Below the pieces are notes generated by a model, which was not told where the DNA came from, searched no databases, and saw only the letters and a list, made by a program, of their open reading frames with translations. 64,000 nt of DNA, from assembly GCA_963693365.1 (NCBI GenBank), contig CAVNZM010000007.1, positions 7,065,962-7,129,961 on the forward strand, given 5' to 3'. The stretch is from Amoebidium appalachense. Lineage: Eukaryota; Protista; Ichthyosporea. Below are positions 12,872-56,042 of this stretch, piece by piece. Each line of letters begins with the position of its first letter. Positions within the stretch are counted from its first letter, which is position 1. The translations under genes were made by a program, and so were the position numbers.

Positions 12872-13664
12872 CCCCAGGTACGTCAAGGTTAAAATACTCA
12901 CCAATATGGTAAAGCAGGCGGGAAACGAAGAGACGCAGTCCCAGGGGTGCTGACCGAGGCAGTTTAGTGGCGAACATGTAGAGGCCATTCAGCAGCAGCT
13001 CACAGCGGATGGTGACGGTGACTGCAATGTTTGCAATCACAATCAGCCCAAGGTGGTCCACCGCACCGGCCCACACGTCCGTGGCAACACACACCAGCAT
13101 GGCAACGTTTGCTAGAAAACACAAAGTAAACAGGCGGCGGTAGGTGGAGAAAACTCTCCGTGGGCGGCGCACAACAGCAGGGAGCTTGACATATTTCTTG
13201 CGGTAGTCCTCGGGTTTCATCCCAACTACAGGGGGCTCCTCTTCGTCCTTTCCACCTCCTCTCTCTCCTGTCCACTTGTCCCCGCCCTCATAATCATATG
13301 CAGGAGATGGCGTTTCATCCTGTTTCGCCCAATCTCCCACCGTTTCTCCCTCGGCCACTACAGCATTCATAACCCCCGACGCTGCACTTCGAACACTCTG
13401 GCGAAAGCTGGTACCTCGCGATCGGCGCTTGAAGCTACCGGCAGGAGGAGGTGCTCTGTAAGTGAGTGCCGCGCCCGACCAGTTGCGGTGGTTGATGTAT
13501 GTGGGGCTGTGTTGTTGTGTTGTATTTGTAGTATCATTTGTGGAAGGTGGGGAGGCGTTGTCCAGTGAGAAGACGTTGGACACGGGCTCCGACATCACTT
13601 CGATGGTGGTTGCACCCGCAACCTTTTTGGCGTCCTCCGCGATAGTGGGGGGAATTTGAGACAT
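10658..13664 (-). CDS. TmpA-family membrane flavoprotein paralogue, 602 aa; exons 13664-12902, 12537-12224, 11389-10658
   Basis: Same intron positions and phases and same motifs as 4913-7800; last exon nearly identical. Confidence 0.85.
11686..12072. repeat. Two-copy tandem repeat in intron 2 (ttttgatgYatgtgtaacc...aaRgctacaggtgtgctttcttgcc) interleaved with C-runs
   Basis: Motif pairs at ~11686/11946 and ~11842/12045. Confidence 0.7.
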
Positions 13665-13800
13665 TTTGGCACAACCTTGTTTTAGAAAAAAATATCTTGG
13701 TGTGGTGTGCGTGTATGTGTTGGTATGTGTGGCGCTGGTGCCTGGTTGTGTTGTGGATCCGTTGTGTTACGAACTGACTATCTGGTTCTGGCCGATTTTG

Positions 13801-13876
13801 TTTATATACTTTACGATCATCTAGGGTAACCAATCAGAATTCACTAGTGATAAAAGTCGAACAACGTGATTGGTTG
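13801..13876 (-). promoter_or_regulatory. Putative core promoter of minus-strand paralogue: CCAAT (13873-13869), reverse CCAAT (13834-13830), TATATAAA (13808-13801)
   Basis: Same motif order and similar spacing as 4662-4753. Confidence 0.5.
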
Positions 13877-14124
13877 TAATAAACGCACATCTGTCGTCTA
13901 ATTAGACTGTCACTAATAAACTTACATAGATAGCATTTTGGCTCTTTGAAACCTTAGTAGGGTGGGCATGTAGGTGCTCGTAGAAAGCAGCATAATTACG
14001 TTTATGATTTTGAATATGCGGAACTCAGAGCATCCATAGCACCTTTTTTCATAATATTAGCGTGATAAAAAACAAAATCGAAGGATTCCTGGTGTATTTC
14101 CGTCATCCGAAGTGAAGATCCCTA

Positions 14125-14747
14125 TAGACCGGTTTAGACATGTCTTTTTTCAGATTCTGCCTAACCTTATATGGCTCACCGGTACAATTCGAATCTTGTG
14201 ATTGGTTGCGCCAAAAGTAAGGGTCAAGGTAAGGGCCGCACAGGCGGTGACAGGCCAAAATCTCAGACCGACAGCCTCTCAAAAGCAGTTAGGCCCCGAT
14301 TTTACTTAGAAAGTTGGTTTTCGTCCATAAGAAAAAGTTTTAGGAAATAGAAAGGCGCGCAAAAATGATATAAGCAGTCGGGGTGCTCCGACAACGCCTA
14401 CATCGCTAAAATCATCAAATCCCGTCTTGCATAGCCACTTACCACCTTGCCTCGAGGTCGATCGTCTATGATGAAATTATGGTTTTAGCCTGTTTTCGCT
14501 ACGAAACAGGCGCCGGACACCCCATGTTGCTTATACAAGAATTGCTTGTCGCTTTGTTTATCAAGTTCTTTAGTAATGGAGCAAAACCCCTTTTCTATTC
14601 AAATTATTGATTTTAAGCATTATAAGCAGGATTTGGTATATGACCGCCGATCACTCAACCCTTCATTTCGCCAGTTCGGCTGGCTGGATTTCCGTATGTA
14701 GAGCGAAGCAAACACATTGAGATTCTCAATTAATCTAAGTTGGTCTA
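14125..14747. mobile_element. Degenerate foldback/MITE with TAGACC...GGTCTA termini (Academ-like ends)
   Basis: Terminal IR tagaccggtttaga / tctaagttggtcta. Nested inner IR blocks: ggttttcgtccat..tataagca..gggtg versus caccc..tgcttata..atggagcaaaacc, and gctaaaatcat/atggttttagc. Flanks cta/tta. Confidence 0.55.
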
Positions 14748-15284
14748 TTACGACTCGGCACTCCTGTCAAACGTAGCTGACGCGTCCGGCACGGGTGCCC
14801 CAGCCCCTCATGTGATCACGTGCACAAGTGCGCATGTCGTCACGTAAATGTACTGTACACGTTGCCCATACGTACAGACAGTTCGATTCCAAATTCTGCT
14901 GTTCGAAGACTACCGTTACCTTCGCGGTGCCCAGCAATCATTATGAACTAGGCCTGTCCGATCATCCGAATAGAGCCTGAAAGTTCTACACAAACATGCA
15001 TGCTGAGTGCATGATCCATGTGTGACACATGTACAGCGAAGTACAGTACCATCTATCCATATCTGTCATGACGTCAATGCCACCCTTGCCAATGGGTAGA
15101 GAGTCATAATCACGTGCAGGTGACACAGATGACACCCATCTATCTACACAGCCCACCCACGAGGTGCACACGAACACCCTACCAACACCCACCCAGTGAA
15201 TCAACACTCACGCACTTGCAGATGTACACTGTGGTCGCACAAAGTTATATTCGTAGACTCATGAGTGCGCACACACAACACACG

Positions 15285-15345
<61 letters not shown>

Positions 15346-15491
15346 CCTCTCTCTTCGTCTCTCTGTCTCTCTCTCTCCAAGAGTCTCTTTCGCCGTGGTA
15401 GATCTCTCGCTCTCTCTCTCCGAGCCCGAGGCTCAGGCTCTCTCCCTCTCCGAGTCTCTCCAAGGGAACCTCTCTCTCTCTCTCTGTCACA

Positions 15492-15569
<78 letters not shown>

Positions 15570-15576
15570 TCCCTCT

Positions 15577-15607
<31 letters not shown>

Positions 15608-15649
15608 CCTCTCCCTCCCTCCCTCCCTCTCTCTCTCTCTCTCTCTCTC

Positions 15650-15689
<40 letters not shown>

Positions 15690-16693
15690 CGCATCTGTCG
15701 AGATCTCCCCTCTCTCCTTTTCTCATTCACTCGCTCATATTCTCTCTTCTCCCCCTCCTCCAAGAAGGCTTTCTGAAAACAGATGTACATGTTTTGCAAG
15801 AACAGAATTATTCTGTGTTAAGCAGAGTTGTTCAGCAGAAAGCTTCTGACTGAGAGAATACAGATTTTTTCTATCTGTGCCAAGCTTGGGACGCAAATTC
15901 TGCTAATGAGCAATTGGGCCCCCTGTTTTCCACCCCTCAGCTCCTCAGCATCCAACTTATCGTGCCCCCTATTGTTCAAGCAATTGCAATCATTATGATT
16001 ATTCTTTATAGGCCGCCCTCCTGCCTTTCCCCTCCACCACCCGGCTACACGTTCCCATCCCCTCCGTCTCTCGATATATCGCGGACACACGGAACAAACA
16101 CACACCCCCACACACTGCACCCAGCTCACCCACTCGCCCATGCGATCATCCCGTGTAGTATACATTCAGGCAACGAAGTTGTCGGACCAACATAAGCGCA
16201 CACACAGGTGGCATTGTGATCTGCAGGACATTCCCACGAATTGGTTGGCGACTGGTCTTCCAGTAATGTATTCTTCGTAAAAAAATCGTTGAAATATAGC
16301 TTGCAGTGCTCACGGGTTTTTTTTTTTTTTTTTTTTTTTGAGGGAGGGGGGGGGGGGGGGGGGGGGGGGGAGGGGGTTTGGGTGCACATGCACACATGGT
16401 CATGCCAACCGTGAACACACACACACACACACCGACACACACACCATACACCTGAGCATACAATACACACTGACAAGCACACACGCACACACACACACAC
16501 ACACAGACACACACACACACACACACACAGACACACACACCAAAAAAAACAAAAACAAAAAAAAAAACCGATTATCATATATCTACTTGTCTCGACATGC
16601 CAACATTTTATCAATGGGGGCCTGCCCCTTTATCCTCGTTATATCAGCACGAAGTAGTTCACTACATCACTAGTTCAATATCAATCCTTCCTC

Positions 16694-16724
<31 letters not shown>

Positions 16725-16808
16725 AGAGGGATATATCTACTGTCAGTCACCAAACCTTTATGAGATCACCTTGCCCCAATCAACGAGTATGTAGTCCTTC
16801 AGGTGAAA

Positions 16809-16839
<31 letters not shown>

Positions 16840-17434
16840 CAAAGAAAAAAACGAACCCCCCCAACAAGCAAATGGTATGTGCATGAATACTCAGAGATAA
16901 TGCACGCCCTAACACAGTGCAACGAGCGCAGTACCAGCACCTATAGAGTGGCACTTAGTAGTGGGACGAGACCAGCCTTAACGGGGTACAGTACAGGGTT
17001 AAAGTGAAAAAATCACGACAGCATATTGACAACATTCAGGCGATGGTCTACTACGATGAAACACGTTCGCTATGTTTTACTCGACGGGGTGGCAAAAGGC
17101 AACAACAATGAAAGGAGAGGGGGATTTCTATTGGGAGGACGGGGTGTATCTATTATCAAACACAAATCATCACCAAAACATACATACAGCCTCTAAGTGG
17201 ATCATTCGAGAGAACAGAGATTTGCAAAACATGATGAAGAACGAAAGAAAACGAACGGCAAATATCCTGTGTATGTGTTTGTGGAGAGAGAGAAAGGGGG
17301 GGGGGGGGGGGGGGGGGGGGGGGGAGGTCAAATAGGCAAGAGTAGCCACCTTCGTAAAAAAAGAAAGCTCAAAAAGGGAGCACCAAAATCTAAAAAGCTG
17401 CATTTGCATTGCATGAGCATAAAATCCAAGGGCG

Positions 17435-30487
<13,053 letters not shown>

Positions 30488-32302
30488 CAAGTCGTGTAAC
30501 TGTTGCTGTCCTTTAGATGTGTGTATGCTCACTTCGTAATTCAATTAGAAAAAAAACCTAGTCGAACTTCAATGAAAAAGTATGGAACGATCTAATAAGT
30601 GAACCTCCCAACTGTAACGAGATCTTCCGTGGGCAACAAAACCATGTGAACCGGGGCTGTTGACAGCAATGGCTAAGCCCGAAGGGCATGTCTCGCAAGA
30701 AAAATTAACGTTTTTCAAAACAAAACCCCACTCAGATTAAAGCACACTAGAAGGGTGTTTCAAAGCTTTCCAACATATAACCGCATTGCTCATTCCTCTG
30801 TTCATGTTTTCCTTCTCTTCTTGCACTTGTGTTTCACCCACGCCAAACTGGACAAGGGCTTGTCACAAGGCCTCCTAAATAGCTCACCTTGGCTTGTCAT
30901 GAGTTCATTCGGATGCGTCCACCAATCGGAACAACCAGATCTAATCAAATGGATTATCGGCGGTGCACATGCGTGACCTTTATCAAATCATGTCACACAA
31001 GACCTGAAACCGACAGCCGGCCAGTGTTTACTAACTTGCCAGTTGAAGGATGACAAGGCAGTTCAAGGCTCGTACAAGCCTGATTCCTGGAAAATAAGTA
31101 CTATTACTCCAAAAAAAAAAACTACACCATATATACCATATTGTGATCTTAATCTCTGTTTCTCTTCAAATAGAGTTTGGTATTAGAGGTCACAGGTGAT
31201 ATTCTAGGGAGAAGAGAGGAAGCGTTTGGCGGGCTTTTCAGTCTGCCAGGTGACTCGAGCGAAGGACATCGCAAACAAGCTGCAAAGCTATGTTTTACGT
31301 GTGTGCCAGATGTGTTAGTATTGTTCTCTCTTAATGATTCTTATATCCACATGCCTATATAGAGCTATTACATGCCTGGATACAAATAACATTGGGAGAC
31401 GTAACATCTCCTAACGATAGCATCCGAGCACACGCATCTTGTTCGACACGAGGCACCCACAACTCCTTGTTCCCCTCAGGGCGAAGCATCCGAGTTCGTA
31501 GGCTGCTTGTATTTTGTCCATAGTCAGCTATTGCCTTCAGCCAAACTTCTAGGGTTTGTTGTGTGGGTTTACCTTCGACGCTTTTTAACAGACCCACCAC
31601 GTCATTGGTAAGATATTAATCTGTCTTCTCGGATCTTGCTTTTGTTAGTTGTTCGCAGCCTGAAGGAGTAGCATTTTTCTAGCCGTTGTGGTGCTCTTAT
31701 TTTTCCCGTTTCATTATAGTAACTGAAACTCCCGCTCATCTTAGCTTCCCCCCCCCCCCCCCCCTCCGTCTCTTCTCCCTCCCCCCCCCCCCCCCTCCCC
31801 CCCTCTCTCTCTCCCTCTTCCCTGCACCCAAACACACCGCAAGCCTTCCTCCTCTCCCCCCGCTCCTCCCCCCCCCGTCTTCCCCCCTCCTGGCTCCTTT
31901 TATCGTACATGTCCTCCCCCTTCGTTTTGTTCTTGTGGGCAGGCGTCTGTATTTAACACTATAACATAGAGTAGCAACCGTCTTTCGGCTGATGTCCCCC
32001 TCCTCTCCCCCTATATCCCCCTCCCCCCGCCCTCCCCCTCCCTGCCCCATCCTGCCCTCCCTCCTGTCCCCCACAGACCCCCACTCGTTTCCCTGCCTTT
32101 TTACGTGGACTCGTTTCACCCACATATGCACTGGGTCATAGTACACGTACACGGTTGCTCGCTCCTTCTTCCCTTCATTATCTTATTCTCGTGTCCGATT
32201 CGATAACTCACCTGCTTTGTGTTCCCTCCGCTGCAGCCAACACTTCCCTAACAAAAAACCCCGTGCTTATCTGTATCGGTGTTGGTGTTTTCTGGTCTGT
32301 CC

Positions 32303-32345
<43 letters not shown>

Positions 32346-32562
32346 CCCCACATCCCCTTGTGTCTCTCCCCACCTCTTCCGCCCCTTCTGAACCCCAACC
32401 TCTTCACCTTCACATCTACCACATCCCCTTATCACCAAACTTCTCCTTCCCCTCCCCTTCCTCCCTCCCTCCTTCCCTCCCTCCCTTCCTCCCTCCCTCC
32501 CTCCCTCCCTCCCTCCCTCCCTCCCTCCCTCCCTCCCTCCCTCCCTCCCTCCCTCCCTCCCT

Positions 32563-32607
<45 letters not shown>

Positions 32608-33059
32608 CTCTCTCTCTCTCTCCATTCTCCCCCCATCCTCCCCCTCCCCCCCTTGTCCCCCACCTGCCTGTCCACCCACTCAACCCCATCCATCCCCCGG
32701 CCTCCTCCTTCTCATCCGTCTCTTCCTTATACAAAGGCACAGAAATGCACACGCTGTGTCCACGTCTCGATGGCCATCCTTCCATGTAACGCTGACACGT
32801 AAGACATACCTACAGCGCGCACTCACTCACCCCTTTCCCCCTAGCCCACCCCAGCCCCCCTTCCCTCTCCCTCCCTCCCCACTCCCGGCGGGTAACCAGA
32901 AACTTTTTTTTTTTGGCGTCACGCCCTGCCTAACATGCTCACGATTCCGCACTCTCCGCTCTGTGCAGGTTGTGATTGAACCGTGCTCGCCTGCCACAAT
33001 AGCCCGCAAGAGGAGGGAGGTCCAACCAATGGACCCCGCCAAACTTTCACCACGGGAGA

Positions 33060-49561
<16,502 letters not shown>

Positions 49562-49806
49562 AATTTTGTGCGGTTGAATTTTCGTATTTGGTATGTCGCG
49601 TCTGATATCCGGTGTAGCTATATCAGTGACTATCTCGGTGTGTCTATGGCAACAGTGCTATATAGCCATTCTTAGCCCTGTCTGATGCCCCTATCTAAGT
49701 AAGACTCGTTATATTTCGAACTTTTTTGTTTTATTTCTTTTTATTTATTTTATTTTATTTATTTTATTTGTTTTATTTTACTTTATTTTTTTTTATTATT
49801 TTTTTT

Positions 49807-49848
<42 letters not shown>

Positions 49849-51650
49849 ATCATTTGATGTGCTGAATCGAATCGAATGACATGCGAGCAGTGAATGTGGA
49901 GCTGTTTTTCTTGGTCATTTATTATAATAATATCCTCATAATAATCTGAATTATTCGCCTAGCAGTGACCCTGAAACATCTTGATTGGAGTTTTAGTAAT
50001 TACGGCATACCACGTACCAAGAAGCTACTACAATATGTAATTTCAATGATATGGTTAAGAATATCATGCTACATGTGTGTGTTGATCGGGGTCTAAGTTT
50101 ACGTGGAGGTGAACGTCATTAATTTAGACCCTGAGATTGATGGCCCTGGTATTTTTGCTGTTTGACTTTAGCGATGCAGTAGCTGTGTATTCATCATATG
50201 CAACTTGATGATTTTCATGCACGACGTGCACACACAGTGAACAAACACACATACTCACACCCACGGCCCAGGGTGTGCAAACGAACACCACCAGTGGCAC
50301 ACGACACGCACAACATACACTCGCACTCACACGTACACACACCCTACACCACGTGCACACATGTATGATGGGTTGGCAGTGAATGTACATTTATGTACAT
50401 AGTGGGATATTGGTCAGTGGCTGCGACGTTCACAAAAGGAACAACGAAAAAGCTGACCACGAGTCGTGTCCAAGGGAAATGCAATGATTATCAGTTTTGT
50501 CTGTGAATGTGTGTGGCACCTTCTGTCAATGGTGGGTGGGTGGGTGGGTGGGGGTGTCAATGTACATGTGGGTGTGTGGGTATGGTGTGGGCCGGGTGCG
50601 CATGTGCACATGTGTGTGGCGTGTGTGCTTGTTGTGTGTGTGTATTTTGGGGTTGGGTGGGGGGTCTATATGTGTACATACGTAGGTAAATAAGGGACGC
50701 AATAGCCTCATTATACTAGTATTACGTGAACGCCGCGATGACTCATGGACTATATAATTTCGATACGGTCGACGTCAGTGATTACTATGGAAAGACCGTC
50801 GTTGAATCGCTTGCAACGCGTACTGGGGAACGGGAAATTTCGGGGCTCAATGGGCATTTACCAAGGCCAACTATGTATTTACGTAGCTTATGATGACTAG
50901 TGAGACAAACGCTCGATCAATTATTTAGACGTAACTAAATAAGGGGATCCGGACCGCAATCACGGTAAAGTGTTAAGGGAATACATACTATTAGACGGTA
51001 CATGAACAATAGTTCAATTTAGGAAAAACAGTATAACATACATGTACACATGTTCTCATTGGCATTCAATGGCCCGCCAGTATACTCCATAGTAATACGT
51101 ATACGGAGTCTATAGTTCCTAGAGACCTAATAGTATTAACAGGCTTCATACCCCAAGATGGGCCGCCGAATTTCAACGGTAGAATTTGACGGGGCTGCCG
51201 TCGGCAGCTCCCTCCCTCCCTCCCTCCCTCTCTCTCCCCCCCCCCCCCCGGTCCCCCCGAGGGCCCCCACCACACACACACACTACACACACATGTACAC
51301 ACACACACAAATTCACCCACCCACTCACTCACACATGTACACACACACACACACATACACACACACCTACAGATGTACACGCACATATGTATCGACACAC
51401 GCACGCGCAAAAAACAAAAACAAAAAAAAACAAAAAAAAAAAAAACTACGGACATGCACGCGGCAGTGCTGCAGCACAGTCACTACCATTATTTGCACAC
51501 CACCTACAACACATTATATTGCCCAACCCCCCCCCCCCCCCCCCCCCCCCCCCCTCGCCCCCTCCCCCCCTCCCCCCCCCCCCCCCCCCCCCCCCCCCCC
51601 AGCCAAAAAAAAAAAAAAAAAGGAAGAAGAAGAAGAAGAAAGCAAGAAAG

Positions 51651-51709
<59 letters not shown>

Positions 51710-53193
51710 AAAAAAAAAAAAAAAGGGAAAGAAAGAAAGAAAGAGTGTGATCATCTGCGCGGATGGACATTGTCACTGTAGATGCATGTGACTCTCTCAC
51801 TACCTTATCGCCTTACGGAATCTAACCACGAAGTTCCCGTTTGGGTGTGCTTGGCTAAAAACCTCCTCATGCCATATTTATTTGCAAAGATTATAACCGG
51901 CCGGAACACATCTACTCGTAATGTATCTGCACTACTAACAACGACCGTATGCATCACTATAAATGAACATGCAAAGGGAGTCAAACTACGGCCGAGGATC
52001 GATTCCAACACATACCCAAAGAGGAAAAAAAACGAGACAGACAGAAATAAATAAAGAAAGAAAGGCAGACGAGAGAGGAAGAGCAAGAGAAACAGGAAAT
52101 TGTGTGTGTGTGTTAAACGTTGGGGGGGGGAGGGGGGGGAAGGTTGGTTAGATATGAATTCTTACAGAACATAGCTCAGGCAGACTTTTTACAACAACTG
52201 TACAACATTACAACTTCCCTCTAACAAAATGGTTAGGTTTGTGGGTTGGATGAACGGGAAACCTTACAACAAAACCAAGAGTGTGCACGCGCGGCATGTG
52301 TGTGTGCGTGTGCGCGCGCGTATGCAGGAGTGTTGTGTGTATACGTGTGTGTGTGTGTGTTGGTGGTGATGGGACTGTTATACGAATGAGCACTAAACCC
52401 CACTCCGAGAGGGAGAAAAAACCGAAATCGTAGTCCTGGACATACCTTTCAGGTCTTTTTTCATACATTGTGTGGTTTGATCTATTTATAATTAGCCATC
52501 ATCTATCTACTTATCTAATTGGGTGGGAGGGGGTAGGCTATCGTTGCAAAAGAAATTAGGACAGGTTACATCAAGTAGCTTGGGGTGTGTATGTACATGG
52601 TGATCAGGTTTGCTTCCCAGGTAGTTGCGTACTAGCAGATGCTGTTGATGGCAGTTGCATGACATCGTTTCCATCATTTTGACGTCACGTCACGAATAGG
52701 TAAGCGCCTGGTGGTGTGAATGAATGTAAGCGGCTATGCAATTTCAATGTTATCCCTATTTTTGATGACATACTTTCTTTGCTCGTGTTAACAGATTATG
52801 AGTATATGCCGGGGATGTGCGCCATATCATGCGAACACCTCTACCCCCCCCCCCCTCCCCCCACCCAAAAAAAGGGGTCTGGTCTGTGTTCCGGCAAACC
52901 AACTACAAACACTTGTCTTCGTTCAACTGAACCTTCATTCTCCCCTGCCTTTGCCTGTCGATGCCTATTGTGGATGTGGCAGCGTGTGTGGATTGTCTGT
53001 TCCATGTGCATTTTTTGAAAAAATTTTATGGGTTGGGGAGGGGGGGGGACGTTGCCTTAGAGGCACAAAATACACCTTCACTTCACGACGGACAACACAA
53101 GGCAGATTGCGCAAGAAAGGGAGCACATAGGCAGGGGAAGAGGTGGGGGGGGGGGGGGGGGGAGTTGCGGACATACCATGGTGAATGAACACT

Positions 53194-54319
53194 TTATCCC
53201 GTGCAGACATACCCCCTACACTGGGGGTTATCCACCAAGTTCTTGAGGTCGTTGTAAATATTGTCATAGCTCGGTGTGTATATCCGAGACGATGGCATCT
53301 CCCCCGGCCCATGCATTCCCTGGCCGTGGCTGTGATTTTGGCCCCAATTCACCGCCCTGTCAACATCAAACTCATAGCTCTCTGCGTATGGGTGCAGAGT
53401 TGATCGAACCGGTTCGGGTCGCTCCGGCCCGTTAAAAAGCCGGTCCGACGACCCGTGGAAAAGCCGTTCCGACGATCCGTGGAACGGGCGTTCGGAATAG
53501 AGGATCCGCTCGATGGATGCCGCGTGAAGAGTACGTTTACCTTGCGAAGAGGAGGCGGTAGGAGGGGGAGGGGCGGCGAGATGTGGGGGTGTGTGGTACG
53601 GGTGAGGTATAGGGGGACCGGGTGTGTCTACGCGCATGTTTACATCTCCGTCATCCCCCCTGTCCATATCCATGGTGTGTGATTGGTGGAGCTGATCACG
53701 TGACAAAGACATATGCGACGGCGCAAAACTGTGAAAAGATTGAAAACTCTGCGAACTCGCCGAAGTGTTTTCGAACCGCTCGTTGCCTCGTACCATGTGT
53801 GGACCAGGCTGGGAGTGTGACTGAAGCGGTCCACTGTTATACGGCGAAACGTTCGGCGAATCCTTGCATGCATATTTTGGTAGGCCGGATTCCGCGTCCG
53901 ACGATGCAAAATTTCGCGAAATACCCGAGGCACCGTTATATCCGGTTTGTTCGTTTTGACCGTTTTCTCTCTCTTCGTCCGTTTCCGGATCGGAGGCATA
54001 ATCGTCGTCATAAACGGAACTGTGTGGGGTGGAGGGTGTGGTGCCGGCAAAGCTGTTGCGACGTGGCGGCTCCGCCCCTGGAAGTGTCATGGGGTTGACA
54101 AACCCTGGGTGCTTGCTGCGTGAGTGCTGGGGGGGCAAAGACAGTGTTAGCATGTTTCGGCTATCTAGAAGGGGGTGGGGGAGGGGGGGGGGGGATTGAC
54201 CATATATGAAAAGTGCACACTGTCTGGTATAGTGCCATCATCACATCCCGTGCGGTTTTGCTCAGTACTGAGCGCATCATCAAAAGACTGCCATTTTCCG
54301 ACGATCTCTTTCTCTTGCT

Positions 54320-54373
<54 letters not shown>

Positions 54374-56042
54374 CCTTTTTCATGGGTGTGCTTGGTGCCT
54401 TCAGTTTATTAGAACGTTAAACCAAAGAGAATCGATTTATCAGACAAATGAGGGTAATCCACCCTGCTCACCCTTGCACCATGTACCATGGATATCTCTC
54501 AAAAGAAAGCCAAACTTATCCAGTTGGGTAAACGACCGCATGCCCATTGGTAAAAACCAGTTATCCGTGATATCAAGTCTCCAGAGGGAAACGATTATTC
54601 TGTTTCTGATTTGTCCATCGTGTGCATGTGCACGTACATGCACGAAAAGAAAAAGTTCGTATGCAGGTGCAAGATTTCCTGTGCGAAAGAGGTAAAATAT
54701 TTTATCGGCTTGAATCTGCATCAATTGATACATGTAAATTTGCATGTGTGTGTGTGTGCGCGCGCGCGTGTGTATCATATACATATAAAAACTTGCGTGT
54801 GCACGCACACACAGATGTGTGGCACGCGCACACACACACACACACACGCACACACACACACAAATTAGAGCAAGAGGGACCCATGGATGAGGCGGGGCGG
54901 GGCGCAGTGGAAAGGAGTGATGCATGAGAGACACAATTTGCCCCGAGCACTGCACAAGCATATGTTTACAAAGGTGCACGGTCTACAAAAGTGATGTGTT
55001 GTGCGACCGTTACGGTTGCCGCAAGTTTAGGACTCGAAACATCTAGGTTACATTAATCCCCTATAATAGGTCTTGCCTCTATTTTTTCGACTGAGTTCAA
55101 CTTCCCATGATGGCACGCCATCGAGCACTCACAGGCTGGGGTTATAAAGTTTTCCTATAAAAATTGCACGACAGCGCTAAAGAACATAGCCTACATGTGC
55201 CAATTAACTCCAATCAGAAGCATGAGGAAAAGCCAAACTTGCTGTGGAGGCGTGTCACACAAGACTTTTTGTTTCTAGGCACCGGCAACTTTCAACCTCG
55301 GCAACTCACGGCAAACCACTACTGTTGCCTTGCTTCTTTTTAACTACAAAATCGCTGGTCGCATGTGAACATGTCGAAACAGCTCATCACTATACTAAAG
55401 GGCGCCTTTTTGCCATGCACACCCAAAATGGGCATCCTCCGAAAAGCAATAACACGGACCTTGATGGCCTCATGTGAGCAATGACCCCACATCCCGTTCT
55501 TTAATAACCTCGTTTTTTATTCCTCGTAAATGTGCACATATCTCAATAGACCGAATCCCTACAAATGCACCTGGCCACGTGCTTTTCGGCACATCTCCAT
55601 GATTTCGCCATTGCACACTCAACATTTAAACTTCCATACACGGTAACTGTGACCACAAGGCCATCATGTAAACACATACCTGGTTCAACGAGTGTGCAGA
55701 TGCGTATCTCCTCGTACACTTCGGATATGCGCACACGTACGGTCGCTCGAGTTCTGCGTACGTGCGCCTGCGCCGGGGCTTTTTCGGGCACAGAGATGTA
55801 CGCCGCGCCAAATTGGGTGGCAATGGCACCTTCTCAATTGTGTTGTTTTGAAAGTTGCACGGTTCATGGAAGGCTATTTTTTGGGGTTGTTTATGGTCCA
55901 AGATCTGAGAGTGTGATGGCATGCTGTGTGGTTGCTGTAGCTGAAGATGAGCGGTGTGGCCTGCAGGGGGGAAGGATGGCTCCGATCGGGATTGCCATAT
56001 ATGGGTCTCCTCCATCTTGATGGTCAAGTCGTCTGTATACAT
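53194..56042 (-). CDS. Single C2H2 zinc-finger transcription factor (Con7-like basic region + finger), ~431 aa; exons 56042-55680 and 54126-53194
   Basis: Splicing CAG|GTATGT to CCCCAG|CAC completes KKPRRRRTYAELERPYVCAYPKCTRRYASAHSLNQ|HSRSKH (C-x4-C-x12-H-x4-H). The start could instead be the downstream Met (MEETH). Confidence 0.78.

Noticed and set aside
17072-17335. 87-aa plus-strand ORF
   Set aside because: Lies antisense in the probable ADCK 3' UTR, runs into poly-G and has no recognisable motif.
53170-53260. HSF- or BTB-like domain start (DLKNLVDNPQ..DKVFIHH)
   Set aside because: Needs a frameshift, and no downstream exon with HSF or BTB motifs could be found.
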